A stretch of DNA of 64,000 bases from an uncultured Acidobacteriota bacterium (GTDB lineage Bacteria > Acidobacteriota > UBA6911 > RPQK01 > JAPXNP01). The stretch spans positions 160,001 to 224,000 of the forward strand of contig CAVZRV010000027.1 in NCBI GenBank assembly GCA_963777605.1, in the 5' to 3' direction. The stretch's first letter is position 1, and each line of letters opens with the position of its first letter. The position numbers and the translations under genes are program-made. Of the stretch, positions 52,445 through 62,924 are shown piece by piece. Under the pieces are notes generated by a model, which ran no database searches, was not told where the DNA came from, and saw only the letters and a list, made by a program, of their open reading frames with translations.

Positions 52445-52923
52445 ATGGAAGTGACTGTGAAACTGAGTGTCAACGGTGTTGCCCGAACGGTGACTACCGA
52501 CCAGCGACGCCGGTTGCTCGACGTTTTGCGGGAGGAGTTCGGACTGACCGGTTCGCGATTCGGATGCGGGGAAGGTCAGTGCGGGGCCTGCACGGTCCTC
52601 ATTGACGGCAAAGCTTCACGGTCATGCATTACCCCGATCTCGGCAGTCGAAGGCAAGTCAGTGACAACGATCGAAGGGCTCGCTCAAAACGGGTCACTTC
52701 ATCCCGTCCAGGAGGCATTCATCCAGCACAATGCGATGCAGTGCGGATACTGTACCAGCGGGATGATCCTCACAACGGTCGCACTTCCTGAATCGGAACC
52801 CGAATCCCACCGAAGCCGAGATCGTCGCCGCGATGAATGGAAATCTGTGTCGCTGCAACGGTTATCCGAAAATCCTGGCCGCCGTCCGCGAGGCGGCCCG
52901 CAAGAATGCGGAGTTGAAAGTGA
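52445..52923 (+). CDS. (2Fe-2S) small subunit of a xanthine dehydrogenase-family enzyme; frameshift near 52785
   Basis: [17 protein letters not shown] and QCGYC, then NLCRC in the next frame. Confidence 0.88.
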
Positions 52924-55081
52924 TGGACGAAGAACGGGTCGAACACTCCCCGATACTCTACGCGACCGAAACCATCACTGAGAGTCCGTTCGTTCGACGC
53001 CTTCGACCGGCGGACGTTTATCCAGGCTCTTGGCACGGGCCTTCTGATCACCGTCGTTCGAGGTGCCGGCGCGGGCCCAGCAGAGCAGGGGTCTTTCACC
53101 CAACGCGGTCGCGGCTCGCCTTTACCTGAACGCGGACGGGACCTTCACGGCCCTCAGCGGAAAGGTCGAAGAAGGCCAGGGCCCGCGCACCGAACTGTTA
53201 CAGGCAGCGGCCGAGGAACTCCACGTCCCGCATGACCAGGTCCAGCTGGTCATGGCCGACACCGACCAGGTACCTGACGACGGCATCACCGCCGGCAGCC
53301 GTACCACTCCGATCAACGTGCCCCAGATGCGGAAGGCTGCGGCCACTGCCCGTGAACTGCTCCAGAGACTGGCCGCGGAGTCCTGGAAAACCGAGGTCTG
53401 CCGAACTCGAAATTGAGAACGGGACCATCCGCAATGCCGCAAGCGGGCAGTCAATGGCCTACCGCGATCTCGCAAAGTCGGCCAATGCCCGGTCATCGCT
53501 CGAGGCCCCGGTCCAACCCGACGTGAATCTGACGCCGGTCGGTGACTGGAAAGTGATGGGGCAACCCGTTTCCAGACCGAACATCCGGGACCTGGTGACC
53601 GGCAATCACCGATACCCATCCGACATCGTCCGCCCCGGCATGCTCTACGGTGCCGTCCTGCGTCCCCCTTCCTTTGGTGCCGAACTGAAATCGGTCGATC
53701 TCTCCCCGGCGAAGTCCATGGAGAAGGTGGTGGCCGTCCAGGATGGATGCCTTTGTCGGATGTGCCGCCCCGGCATCCTACCTTGCCGCGCAGGCGGTGG
53801 AAGCTGTGGCGAAGACGGCCCAGTGGGAAGAGAATGCGCCGGACGTATCCCATCAGACCATTCATACCTACCTGACTGAGCATGCCGATCGAGACCGCGC
53901 CCGTCCCAACGAGCGGGGATCCGTTGACGAAGGCTTCCGCTCGGCTACCACGCAGTCTCGACGCCACTTACACCCTGGCCTACATCCAGCACGCCCCCAT
54001 GGAACCGCGCGCAGCGGTCGCGGAATGGGACCGGGACAGGCTAACGGTCTGGGTGGGCTGTGACGGTCCATTCCGGGCCCGGAACCAGCTGGCGGAGGCG
54101 TTCGGTATCGCACCCGAGAAGGTTCGCGTGATCGTTCCCGACATGGGGGGCGGATTTGGAGGTAAGCACACCGCCGAAGTGGCGGTCGAGGCCGCCCGGC
54201 TTGCCAAGGCTGCCGGCAAGCCGGTCTGGATTCGCTGGACCCGGGAAGAGGAATTCACCTGGGCTTACTTCCGTCCGGCGGCCGTCATCGAGTGTCGCGC
54301 CGGCATGGACTCCCAACACTCGATCACGGCGTGGGAGTTCTCCAACATCAACGCGGGCGGCTCCGGCATCGACACGCCCTACGCGATTCCGAACACCAGG
54401 ATCACTTCGATCCGGTCCGATTCTCCGCTCCACCAAGGGTCCTACCGCTGTCTCGCCGCAACCGGGAACAACTTTGCCCGGGAGTCCTTCATGGACGAAC
54501 TTGCGGCCGCCGCCGGGGCCGACCCGGTCGAGTTCAGGCTGGCACACCTCAAAGACGGCCGAATGCGGGCGGTACTCGAATCCGCCGCCGAACGATTTGG
54601 CTGGGCCCGAGCGCAGCAGGGAGAACTCCCCCGATAAGGCGGTCGGAGTGGCGTGCGGCACCGAGAAGAATTCCTACGTCGCAGCCTGTGTGGAAATCGG
54701 CAATCGACCGCACCAAGGGGCAAATCCACGTCCGGGAAGTGACTGAAGTATTTGAATGCGGCCCGGTTTTGAACCCGGACAATCTCCTTGCCCAGGTCCA
54801 GGGTTGTATCAGCATGGGCCTGGGAGGAGCACTCTCGTGAAGAAATTGAGTTCAAGAACGGCAAAATCCTGAATCCCACCTTTTCCCGATACCGTGTGCC
54901 CCGCTTCCGGGATCTTCCGAAAATTGACGTGCACCTTCTCGACAATACCGATATCCCGCCAGCAGGAGGGGGAGAGACTCCCATCATCGCCGTGGCTCCG
55001 GCAATCGGGAATGCTGTCTTTGCGGCCACCGGAATCCGCCTTCGTTCCATGCCGATGCCCGGAGAAGCGCTGAAGGTATAG
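52923..55081 (+). CDS. Molybdopterin-binding large subunit (IorB/nicotinate dehydrogenase-like), multiply frameshifted
   Basis: [40 protein letters not shown] and [17 protein letters not shown] across at least six frame segments. Confidence 0.85.
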
Positions 55082-55218
55082 CCATAACACCCGCCCAGGC
55101 GGTAACTCGCATCGGATTCCTGCGGTGCCAGCTTCACGTTGCCGCAGATCGCAAACGGGACGGCATCAAAACCCGCTTCGTTCTTTAAAATCCGGGTTAC
55201 TCACCGGGCACGGCAACC

Positions 55219-55500
55219 CTGAAGCTGACCGACGAAAACAGCCAACCTCTGGTCGTGAAATTCTCGACCAACCAGACCAACAGCCAGTTCAACCTGGCCC
55301 TCCCGGCGAACGGATCTCTGTTCCGGGGAACGGATGATACCGTGACGGTCCCTGTAGGCTACTTCTTCCAGTCGGCACCGGCCGAGTCCGCCTCAGGTTC
55401 TTACTCGGGAAGCGTGGATTTCATCAACGACAGCTACTGGATCGTCGTTCCCGTGGAACCTACGAACTGGCTTTCAGCGCCCTGGCAACAGCTTCCCAGG
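55219..55500 (+). pseudogene. Fragment of a beta-rich secreted protein
   Basis: Protein-like stretch LKLTDENSQPLVVKF...LPANGSLF..T...VGY with no credible start or end. Confidence 0.3.
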
Positions 55501-55793
55501 AGGACGGCACCGCGAGCTACACGATCGAGAAGCGGGTCTCTGGGGTTGCGCTGCGGGAGAACGGAACACAAATAGGCGTTCGTCCCGTTTCTATAACAAC
55601 CGTAGGACTGGGGTCGTTCGGCGCGCGGTTCTCCGTGGCCGATCGGCCCTCCAGCCTGCCCTGAGCAGCGGCGCATCGTACCGGAAGGCCCAGCGACCCG
55701 CGTCGTCTGCCTGCCGGTCACGAATACGCTCGACCGGCCTCCTACTGGCGCAAAAGGGCGTCCGGCCGGCAAGTGTCGATCCCTTTCCCTTTC

Positions 55794-55810
55794 CAAGGGA
55801 CACTCCCTTG
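55794..55810. repeat. REP-like palindrome downstream of RAYT
   Basis: Perfect arms CAAGGGA-CAC-TCCCTTG. Confidence 0.65.
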
Positions 55811-56143
55811 TTGAACTTATCAACTGTTGGCCGATTGTTGGTCTTGACGCAAGAGATTTACTTGTTCGGATGCAATGTGAGTCTTGATAGGCGAAAAGCC
55901 TTCCGGTGGGAGGAGACGAGGCCGAACGGCCGGAGCCATTGCCTCAAGTCAGCACAGCCAGGGGCAAACGCCACTTCGGACTGACGCCAATCTAACCGGC
56001 TTCAGCTGACAGGAAGACAATCTAAACACCAGAAGAGTGGCTTGTTCGGCTCAACTACACTCACGGATCTTACAACCAGGCTTCAGCTTCCCAAATTTCA
56101 GCGAGAAACGCGATCTTCGAACTACGAGTTCCACACGGCGGGC

Positions 56144-57070
56144 TCACGTCTGAACGAAATTGCTGCGGGGGCCACGAACCGCATAAAGGTTGCCAACCCC
56201 GAGCGGAACCGGTTCTCGGTCGCTCGTGTAGATACCCCTCTGCCGGTACTCATCGAGGGTCCGCTGCACCTCATCTTCATTGCTCACAAGGACCCCCCGC
56301 GTAAACGGCGCAATCGCCTCCCGGTAGCAGCCCCGGGCAAATCCTTCCCGCTCCATCTGTTCAGCCAACTCCACCGGGATCAGCCCATCGTTCTCCTTCG
56401 ATGCCTGCGTCCCCCGCCAATACAGCCGACACCAGAACAACCGCTCGCATTCCTCCGGACTGCCCCCGCCCATCAGTTCCTCGATCGGCATCAGCCAGTC
56501 GTCCCGGGCGTGTCGCCGCATCCAGGCCGACGAGAAGCGCCACTGCTCGGGCCATTTCACCAGATGAGCCCGAAGGGCGTTCAACTCCACGTAAAAGACA
56601 GTCTCGATCAGGTTGCTCGACGTCGTCAACTGGAAGCGATCGGCCCAGAAACGGCCCTTGCGGTTGTAATGCTCGTTGTACCAGCGGGCGTAGGCGGACT
56701 GGATGTTGCGCATCAGTTCGCTGAGGTTGAACAGACGCCGGTTGAAGAGTTCCCACTGGCGATCGTTCCAGCACGAGTAGGGACGGTAGCGGGGATTGGG
56801 ATAGAAGCGTTGGGCGATTTCCAGGAGTCTTCGTCGGGAGAGCTTGCGGTAGGCCTGGAAGCGGACGACGAGGTGGTAGTGGTTGCCCAGGACGTTGAGG
56901 GCGGCGACGGAACAGAAGTAGAGGGAGCAGAAATGGTGGATGAGAAAGATGAGCTGGAGGGCATTTTCGGGTTCCTGGAGGGGATAATCGCCGATATGAC
57001 CGGCGACCAGGCCTCGGACGTGGAACAGGCCTCCGGCAGTGGCGTTGAGGTTGCGCGCCAGACGAGCCAT
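56144..57070 (-). mobile_element. REP-associated tyrosine transposase (RAYT, Y1 HUH family), intact, 308 aa
   Basis: MARLAR..FHV.G, HUH motif NHYHL, YARWYN...R.GRFW..RF, catalytic Tyr in YVELN, and P..WRFSS. Confidence 0.88.
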
Positions 57071-57296
57071 CGAAGCATTCCTTTCTGAAGACCGACGATC
57101 GGGGCCTTCATCCATAAAGAACGTTCGAGGCGAAAGAAGTGCGAGAATGTGCAGCTGGAGGGACGAGAGAATGTCCAAGACGCATCGGGCCGAAGGCTCC
57201 CAGGCGGGATCCCTCGAATGGGCGGGCGGGTGCAGAAAGGCTCGGACACCGGGGCTTTCCCCGACGCATCGGTGGAGCGCAGCGGGAGCCAGGAAT

Positions 57297-57373
57297 CCAG
57301 GCAAGGAATCTAGGGACACTCCCTGTCGTTCCCTCCCAGGCAAGGAATCTAGGGACACTCCCTGTCGTTCCCT
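57297..57373. repeat. Perfect 38-bp tandem direct repeat (2 copies, 1-nt spacer) containing the REP-like palindrome
   Basis: CCAGGCAAGGAATCTAGGGACACTCCCTGTCGTTCCCT at 57297-57334 and 57336-57373. Confidence 0.95.
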
Positions 57374-57435
57374 GGCAAAGCGCTTGATTGAATCGCACAG
57401 CTTGCTGCCCGTGCCAGGGCAAATACTCTTGGGTT

Positions 57436-59307
57436 GCGGAGAGATTTGAAAAAGACGCGTTCATTAACATCGACAACCCCGCGAAGGTCAGCGAGTACCT
57501 CGCGAAATTCGAGAAAGAGCGCACCGGCATCCGTGACCGTATCGCAGATCTCCGCAAGCTCACAACGCTTCCCGGTGACCAGTCTCGGCTCTCTCAGATT
57601 GAGGCCGACCTGAACGTCTACCTCGATGGGATAACCACCGTCTTCAAGAAGGTCCAAGCAGGAAAGATCACCACAGCGGAGGCAGGAAACCAGGCAGTCG
57701 GGTAGTTCAAGGACGAAATCCACCGACTGGAGAACAGCGTCTTCGAGCTCTCCGACGAAGCATTTTCTCGAATGGATGCCCAAAAGGAGACGCTGAGTGC
57801 CGCTGAAACCAGCGCCGTCTCCAAGATGGTGATGTTCACCTGTTTGGCTCTCGTCGCAGGAGCCGGCATGGGGGTCCTGATCACTGGCAGCATCACCCGC
57901 CCGCTCCGGTCGGCGGTTTCGGTGGCGAAGCAGATCGCGTTGGGAGACACATCCATCAAGATCGACACACCCCGGAACACTGATGAGACGGCAGAGTTGA
58001 TGCAGGCCATGGCAATGATGGTGTCATCGCAGACCCAGATGGCTGAAACGGCGCAAAAGATCGCCGATGGAGACGTCTCCGCCAGTGCCCACGCCCGGAG
58101 CGAGAAAGGCGTGCTGGGCAAGTCCTTCGGCGAAGTACTGACGGCGCTTCAGGACCTTGTAGCGGAAACCGGCCAACTTGTGCGAAGCGCCAGGGAGGGG
58201 AATCTCGAAGCACGGGGAGATGCCGGACGATTCCGGGGAGCATACCGCGAACTGGTTCAAGGAATTAACGAGACTCTTAATGCAGTTACTGGGCCGATCA
58301 ACGAAGCAGCTCAGGTGCTGGGGCGCGTTGCGCAGCGGGACCTGACAGCGCGAATGGAGGGTCACTATCGCGGTGAATTCTCCAGGATAAAGGACGCTCT
58401 CAACGAAGCCGTGGGGAATCTCGATCTGGGCCTCGGCCGTGTGTCGGTGGGAGCCGATCAGGTGAGCACAGCCTCGTCTCAAATCAGTGCCGCGAGCCAA
58501 TCTCTTGCTCAGGAGGCCTCGGAACAGGCGAGTTCACTCGAAGAAGTCAGCAGCAGCCTCCACGAGGTTGCCGCCATGGCCGCGACCAACGCATCCAGCG
58601 CCAAAGACGCCCAGTCCATGATCCGGGAAGCCCGGCTGAGCTCCGTGGCAGGCGTGCAGGAGATGGGCTTCTTGAGCAACTCGATGCAGAAAATGAAGGC
58701 CTCCTCCGAGCAGACGGCTAGAATTGTCAAGACGATTGACGAGATCGCCTTTCAAACCAACCTGCTGGCTTTGAATGCCGCAGTCGAGGCGGCTCGAGCC
58801 GGCGAGGCGGGAAAAGGCTTTGCGGTGGTAGCCGAAGAAGTCCGCAACCTCGCGATCCGAAGTGCCGAAGCAGCCAAGAACACGTTCCAACTGATAGAGG
58901 ATTCGGTGGCGAACGTTGATGACGGGTTCAAGAAGAACAACGCCCGCCTGGAAAGGCTTGAAGAGATCAATCAGAAGATCGAGTCCGTGGAAGAAGGGAT
59001 GGGCAAGGTTGCTGCTGCCTCCGAGAGACAGCGCGAGGGGATTGGCCAAGTGAATTCGGCGATTGAACAGATGAATCAACTGACCCAGGAAACGGCAGCA
59101 AGTTCTGAGGAATCCGCGAGTGCATCACATAATCTTCTGGACCAGGCACAGGAGATGAGAGGAGTCGTGGAGGACTTCAAACTGGGCCATTCCGGGAACG
59201 CTGCGGCCTCGACATATCGAGGCAATCCCCCAGCCGAGGAGCAACTCCCGACCAAGTACCCTTCGTCGAATTCGCTTGGAAGAACGTTCGCCCTGCACCG
59301 AGCCTGA
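57436..59307 (+). pseudogene. Methyl-accepting chemotaxis protein, 5'-truncated, with in-frame TAG at 57703
   Basis: RFEKD sensor remnant, TM, HAMP domains and [34 protein letters not shown]. ORFs 57388 and 57772 share a frame. Confidence 0.8.
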
Positions 59308-59496
59308 TTCCGTAGCGAGCAGGTCCTGTTCAAAGTTCATTTGCGGCTCGGGGAGAACCGGGCCGATGAGTGGAAATCTGCTCGATTCCTCCCAGCCGCC
59401 GATTACGCTATCCTGTTTCTGCGCGGCACTCAGAGGGTGACAGACTGGATTCTGTCTCTCTCGAAGGAAGGATGATGACTTATCGGCTCCAGGAAC

Positions 59497-59968
59497 TTGA
59501 AGCCGGCTAAGGCCTGGACGGTTGAAATGGACCCTTCCCAGATCGACCAGATACTGGCAAACCTTTGCATCAATGCCCGGGACGCTATCACCGGCGTTGG
59601 GGAAATTACGATCGAAACCGGCAACGTGATCTTTGACCAAGCCTATTGCGACGGCCACCCCGAGTTTGTTCCGGGAGAGTTCTCGACGTTGGCTGTCAGC
59701 GATGATGGATGCGGGATGGATCGCCCGGGAGTACGAAGGGACGATAGACCTTCTCATAACAGACGTGGTCATGCCCGAGATGAACGGAAAAGAGCTGGCG
59801 GCCACCCTGACGTCGATGCACCCCCATCTCAAGTGCCTCTTTACTTCCGGCTACACCGCCAACGTGATCGCCCACGACGGCGTCCTCGATGAGGGAGTAA
59901 ACTTCATCCAGAAGCCGTTTCAGCTCCACGAGTTGGCAAACAAGTTGCGTGAGATGCTGGACGGCTAA
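59497..59968 (+). pseudogene. Hybrid histidine kinase remnant (partial HATPase joined to partial receiver)
   Basis: QILANLCINARDA...VSDDGCGMD, then in another frame IDLLITDVVMPEMNG...TSGY...FIQKPF. Confidence 0.85.
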
Positions 59969-60138
59969 AGAGGGTTAACGGCGGTGGACCTCTCCGTCGG
60001 AATCACCAAATCAGGTAATTTCTCCTTGTCCGCCGCTCTGCTTCGAGAGAAACTGGCATCCCCGGAAGACGACATTTTCGTCGATTCCTGGACCGAGAGG
60101 TTGAATAGCGAATCCAAACAGCCGGGAGGAAACAGGGC

Positions 60139-61527
60139 ATGGGAAGCAGTGTGAATCGCCGGACATTTCTGAAAGCATCCGCCGCAACAGTCTCGACTGT
60201 GGCACTGAACAAGGGAGCCACCGCCCAGGAATCAGGTGGCGATCGGCCGGTGAAGCTGGGCTTCGTCGGGGTGGGCAACCGTGGATCCTACCACCTCGAT
60301 TGTGCCCTCGGTATGGAGAACGTCGAGGTCCTGGCAGTCTGTGACACGGACGATGGAGCGCTTTATCGCGCCAAGCGGTGGGTCGAGGACTCCGGCCGGC
60401 CGTCCCCCCGACTTTACGGAGGAAGTGAAACCGCCTACCAGAAACTGTGTGAGACGGAAGATCTGGACTGCGTGATCTGCTGTACCCCCTGGGACTTTCA
60501 CACCCCCGTTTGTGTCGCCTCGATGACCAACGGCAAGAATGCCGTCAGTGAAGTGCCGATTCTTCTGACCGAGGACCAGGGCTGGGAACTGGTGGAAACT
60601 CACGAAAAGACGGGTAAGTGGGCGACCCTGGGGCTGGAGGGCTTCGGCGATCTCACCCTGATGAACATGGTGAGGCAAGGGCTTTTCGGCGACGTCCTCC
60701 ACGCCGAAGGGGGCTACGTGCACGACCTCCGGATGGTCAAGTTCAACCCCCTGGAAGAACCTTGGCGCCTGCAACATTCAATTGATCGCAACGGCAATCT
60801 CTACCCGGATCACCCCATGAGCCGGATCCTTCGGCTCCTCGACATCAACCACGGCGACCGCTTCGACCGCCTTGTATCGATGAGTTCCAAGGCCGTGATG
60901 CTGAATGAATACGCGGCTCACAAGTTCGGCGAAGAGCACCCCTATGCGGCCACTAAAATGTCCCAGGGCGACGTCAACGTGACGCTGCTGCACACCGAGG
61001 GCGGCAAGGTGGTCACATTGAACTTCGACACCAACACGCCGCATCCCAGGGAGGCTTTCCGCCTCCAGGGAACCAAGGGAGTCTTCCAGTCCGGGATCAC
61101 TCTGCCCACTCCGCAGGCCGACCGCTCCTCGGCGCCCGCCGAGCCGTACTGGAGGCGCAGAGGAGCCCGCGCCATGATGTACATCGACGGCCGCAGCCCG
61201 GAATCCGACCGGTGGGAGTCGGCGGCGCCCTACTACGAGGAGTACGAACATCCTTACCTGAAGAGCTACCAGCCCCAGGAGAGGAAGAGGGCACTTCGCG
61301 GTCACGGCGGCGGAAGCTCAACCACCCCGGTGACCTGGGTTCGGCTGGTGAATGCGCTCCGAGCCGGAAAGATCACTGACTACGACGTATATGATTCGGT
61401 CGCCAGCAGCGTCATCTCCCCGCTGAGCGAGAAATCGGTGGCCGGCGGCAGCGTTCCGGTCGAGTTTCCCGACTTCACGAGGGGAAAGTACAAGACGGCC
61501 AAGCCCTTCGATATTGAACCGATCTGA
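60139..61527 (+). CDS. Tat-exported Gfo/Idh/MocA oxidoreductase, GH109-like
   Basis: NRRTFL, GVGNRG, TPW..H, SEVP, GGY.HDLR, GNLYP.H, GHGG and PDFTRG. Confidence 0.88.
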   Translation: MGSSVNRRTFLKASAATVSTVALNKGATAQESGGDRPVKLGFVGVGNRGSYHLDCALGMENVEVLAVCDTDDGALYRAKRWVEDSGRPSPRLYGGSETAYQKLCETEDLDCVICCTPWDFHTPVCVASMTNGKNAVSEVPILLTEDQGWELVETHEKTGKWATLGLEGFGDLTLMNMVRQGLFGDVLHAEGGYVHDLRMVKFNPLEEPWRLQHSIDRNGNLYPDHPMSRILRLLDINHGDRFDRLVSMSSKAVMLNEYAAHKFGEEHPYAATKMSQGDVNVTLLHTEGGKVVTLNFDTNTPHPREAFRLQGTKGVFQSGITLPTPQADRSSAPAEPYWRRRGARAMMYIDGRSPESDRWESAAPYYEEYEHPYLKSYQPQERKRALRGHGGGSSTTPVTWVRLVNALRAGKITDYDVYDSVASSVISPLSEKSVAGGSVPVEFPDFTRGKYKTAKPFDIEPI

Positions 61528-61546
61528 GACGGGGGCCGGGAGATTC

Positions 61547-61981
61547 TTGACTGATTCGACAGGTGGCGCCGAAACTCCGGAGAACATTCGAGTGGTTATG
61601 GACACCTGTGCCCTGGTTGCCGCTCGCTTCTCTCCGGAAGGCGCTGCCTCCCGGCTGATTGATCTCTGTATCGACGGCCGGGTCGATGCCGTAATCACCG
61701 ACGACATCGAACGGGAGAACCTCGACATTATCGCCAAGGTGCGCCCGCCGGCAGGATTCCGGCAACGACTGGAGCGCTTCCATTCCTCTGCGGTCCGGGT
61801 GACGTCCGAACTCCGCCTCGACGTGGTCGAGGATCCCGCCGACAACAAGTATCTTGAATGCGCCCAGGCCGGTCGCGCGAATTTCATTGTCACGAGTGAC
61901 AGGCATCTGCTCGTTCATGACGGATTCCAAGGAATCCGCATCTGTACGGCCGGCCGTCTCCTGGAAGAGTTTGACGGGTAG
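61547..61981 (+). CDS. PIN-domain protein (PIN_3-type putative toxin)
   Basis: RVVMDTC, DPADNKYLECA and IVTSD.HLL; start uncertain. Confidence 0.85.
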   Translation: MTDSTGGAETPENIRVVMDTCALVAARFSPEGAASRLIDLCIDGRVDAVITDDIERENLDIIAKVRPPAGFRQRLERFHSSAVRVTSELRLDVVEDPADNKYLECAQAGRANFIVTSDRHLLVHDGFQGIRICTAGRLLEEFDG

Positions 61982-62144
61982 TCTGCATCCTCAATCGGAA
62001 ATGTCGAGCAAAATCGGGTGGTGCTTTCCGGCCGGGATTCCTGCGCCGAGAGGGTTGTTTCCGAAGGGCGGTGTCAGCCCCCCGGCCGGAACAAGAATCA
62101 GGGGACCATTGGTCGTAGCCAGACCGATCAGTCCGCCATTTCGT

Positions 62145-62924
62145 TCACAACTCTCGATACTCTCCGGCACACTCCCATCGCCGGCAGGTGACGTGCTCGA
62201 TGGGGACTTCGCCGGCCAATGCGGTCGCAAAGCCCGGAACCGAAGGAAGATCCAGCAGGACCCACCTCGGGAGTTCGTTTTCCTCGTCGCCGCCCTCCAG
62301 TAAGGCGGCCGGCTCGCCAGGCCCGCAGGACACGCTGAAACGGTCCAGGGGAAGGGACAGTCCCCGTCCCACCGCTTTGACGAAAGCCTCCTTCCGGGCC
62401 CAGCAGACGAAGAAGGCCGGCTTCCGCAACTCGGGAGGCAGCCCAAGGATCTGCGCGACTTCCATCCGTGAAAAGAACCTTCGGGATACCTCGTCTACGT
62501 TCACGGTTCGGTCGATGCGCTCAATGTCGATTCCAAGCTCCTTGTCCTCAGCCAGCGCAAGCAGAGACACGTTTCCTGAGTGCGACAGGTTGAAACTGAG
62601 CGGAGTCCTTCCGCAGACTTGCGGCTTCCCGTAGAAATTCGTTTCGATCCCGATCCGGTGCGGTTCGATTTCCAGGTACTTCCCCAGTACGGCGCGAAGA
62701 AAATAGCGCCGCGCCACAAATCTCACCCGGTGCTCTTCGAATCGGAATCCCGCCGCGCGCGCGTGCTCTTCGCCGGAGAGGCTTGCGACGTACTGTGCGT
62801 TCAACGCCTGCCCGGGATCGTGCTCAGTGAGCCAGACGTGAACCTCATTTCGCCCCAGGGCCTGCGTACCGGGGGACGTCCGCCACGCGAATGGATCTGG
62901 AACAACTCTCTGATTGTCAATCAT
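62145..62924 (-). CDS. Sfp-type 4'-phosphopantetheinyl transferase
   Basis: YGKP, FNLSHS, LGIDIE and W..KEAFVKA.G.GL. Confidence 0.93.
   Translation of the reverse strand: MIDNQRVVPDPFAWRTSPGTQALGRNEVHVWLTEHDPGQALNAQYVASLSGEEHARAAGFRFEEHRVRFVARRYFLRAVLGKYLEIEPHRIGIETNFYGKPQVCGRTPLSFNLSHSGNVSLLALAEDKELGIDIERIDRTVNVDEVSRRFFSRMEVAQILGLPPELRKPAFFVCWARKEAFVKAVGRGLSLPLDRFSVSCGPGEPAALLEGGDEENELPRWVLLDLPSVPGFATALAGEVPIEHVTCRRWECAGEYREL

Noticed and set aside
51437-52981. Apparent dienelactone hydrolase-2Fe-2S fusion protein (514 aa)
   Set aside because: Artefact of a frameshift near 52135. The hydrolase ends at 52367, followed by a hairpin and a separate RBS/ATG at 52445.
55945-56010. Resemblance to a c-di-GMP-I riboswitch (GGCAAAC...GACGC)
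   Set aside because: No GNRA-capped P2 stem and no GCAAAGC/receptor elements; no downstream gene in that orientation.
57297-57373. Possible CRISPR array (38-bp repeats with internal palindrome)
   Set aside because: Only two copies separated by 1 nt, no spacers, and no cas genes in the window.
62352-62365. AAGGGACAGTCCCC REP-like match in the PPTase gene
   Set aside because: Encodes the conserved G.GLS motif of Sfp enzymes, so it is explained by protein constraint.
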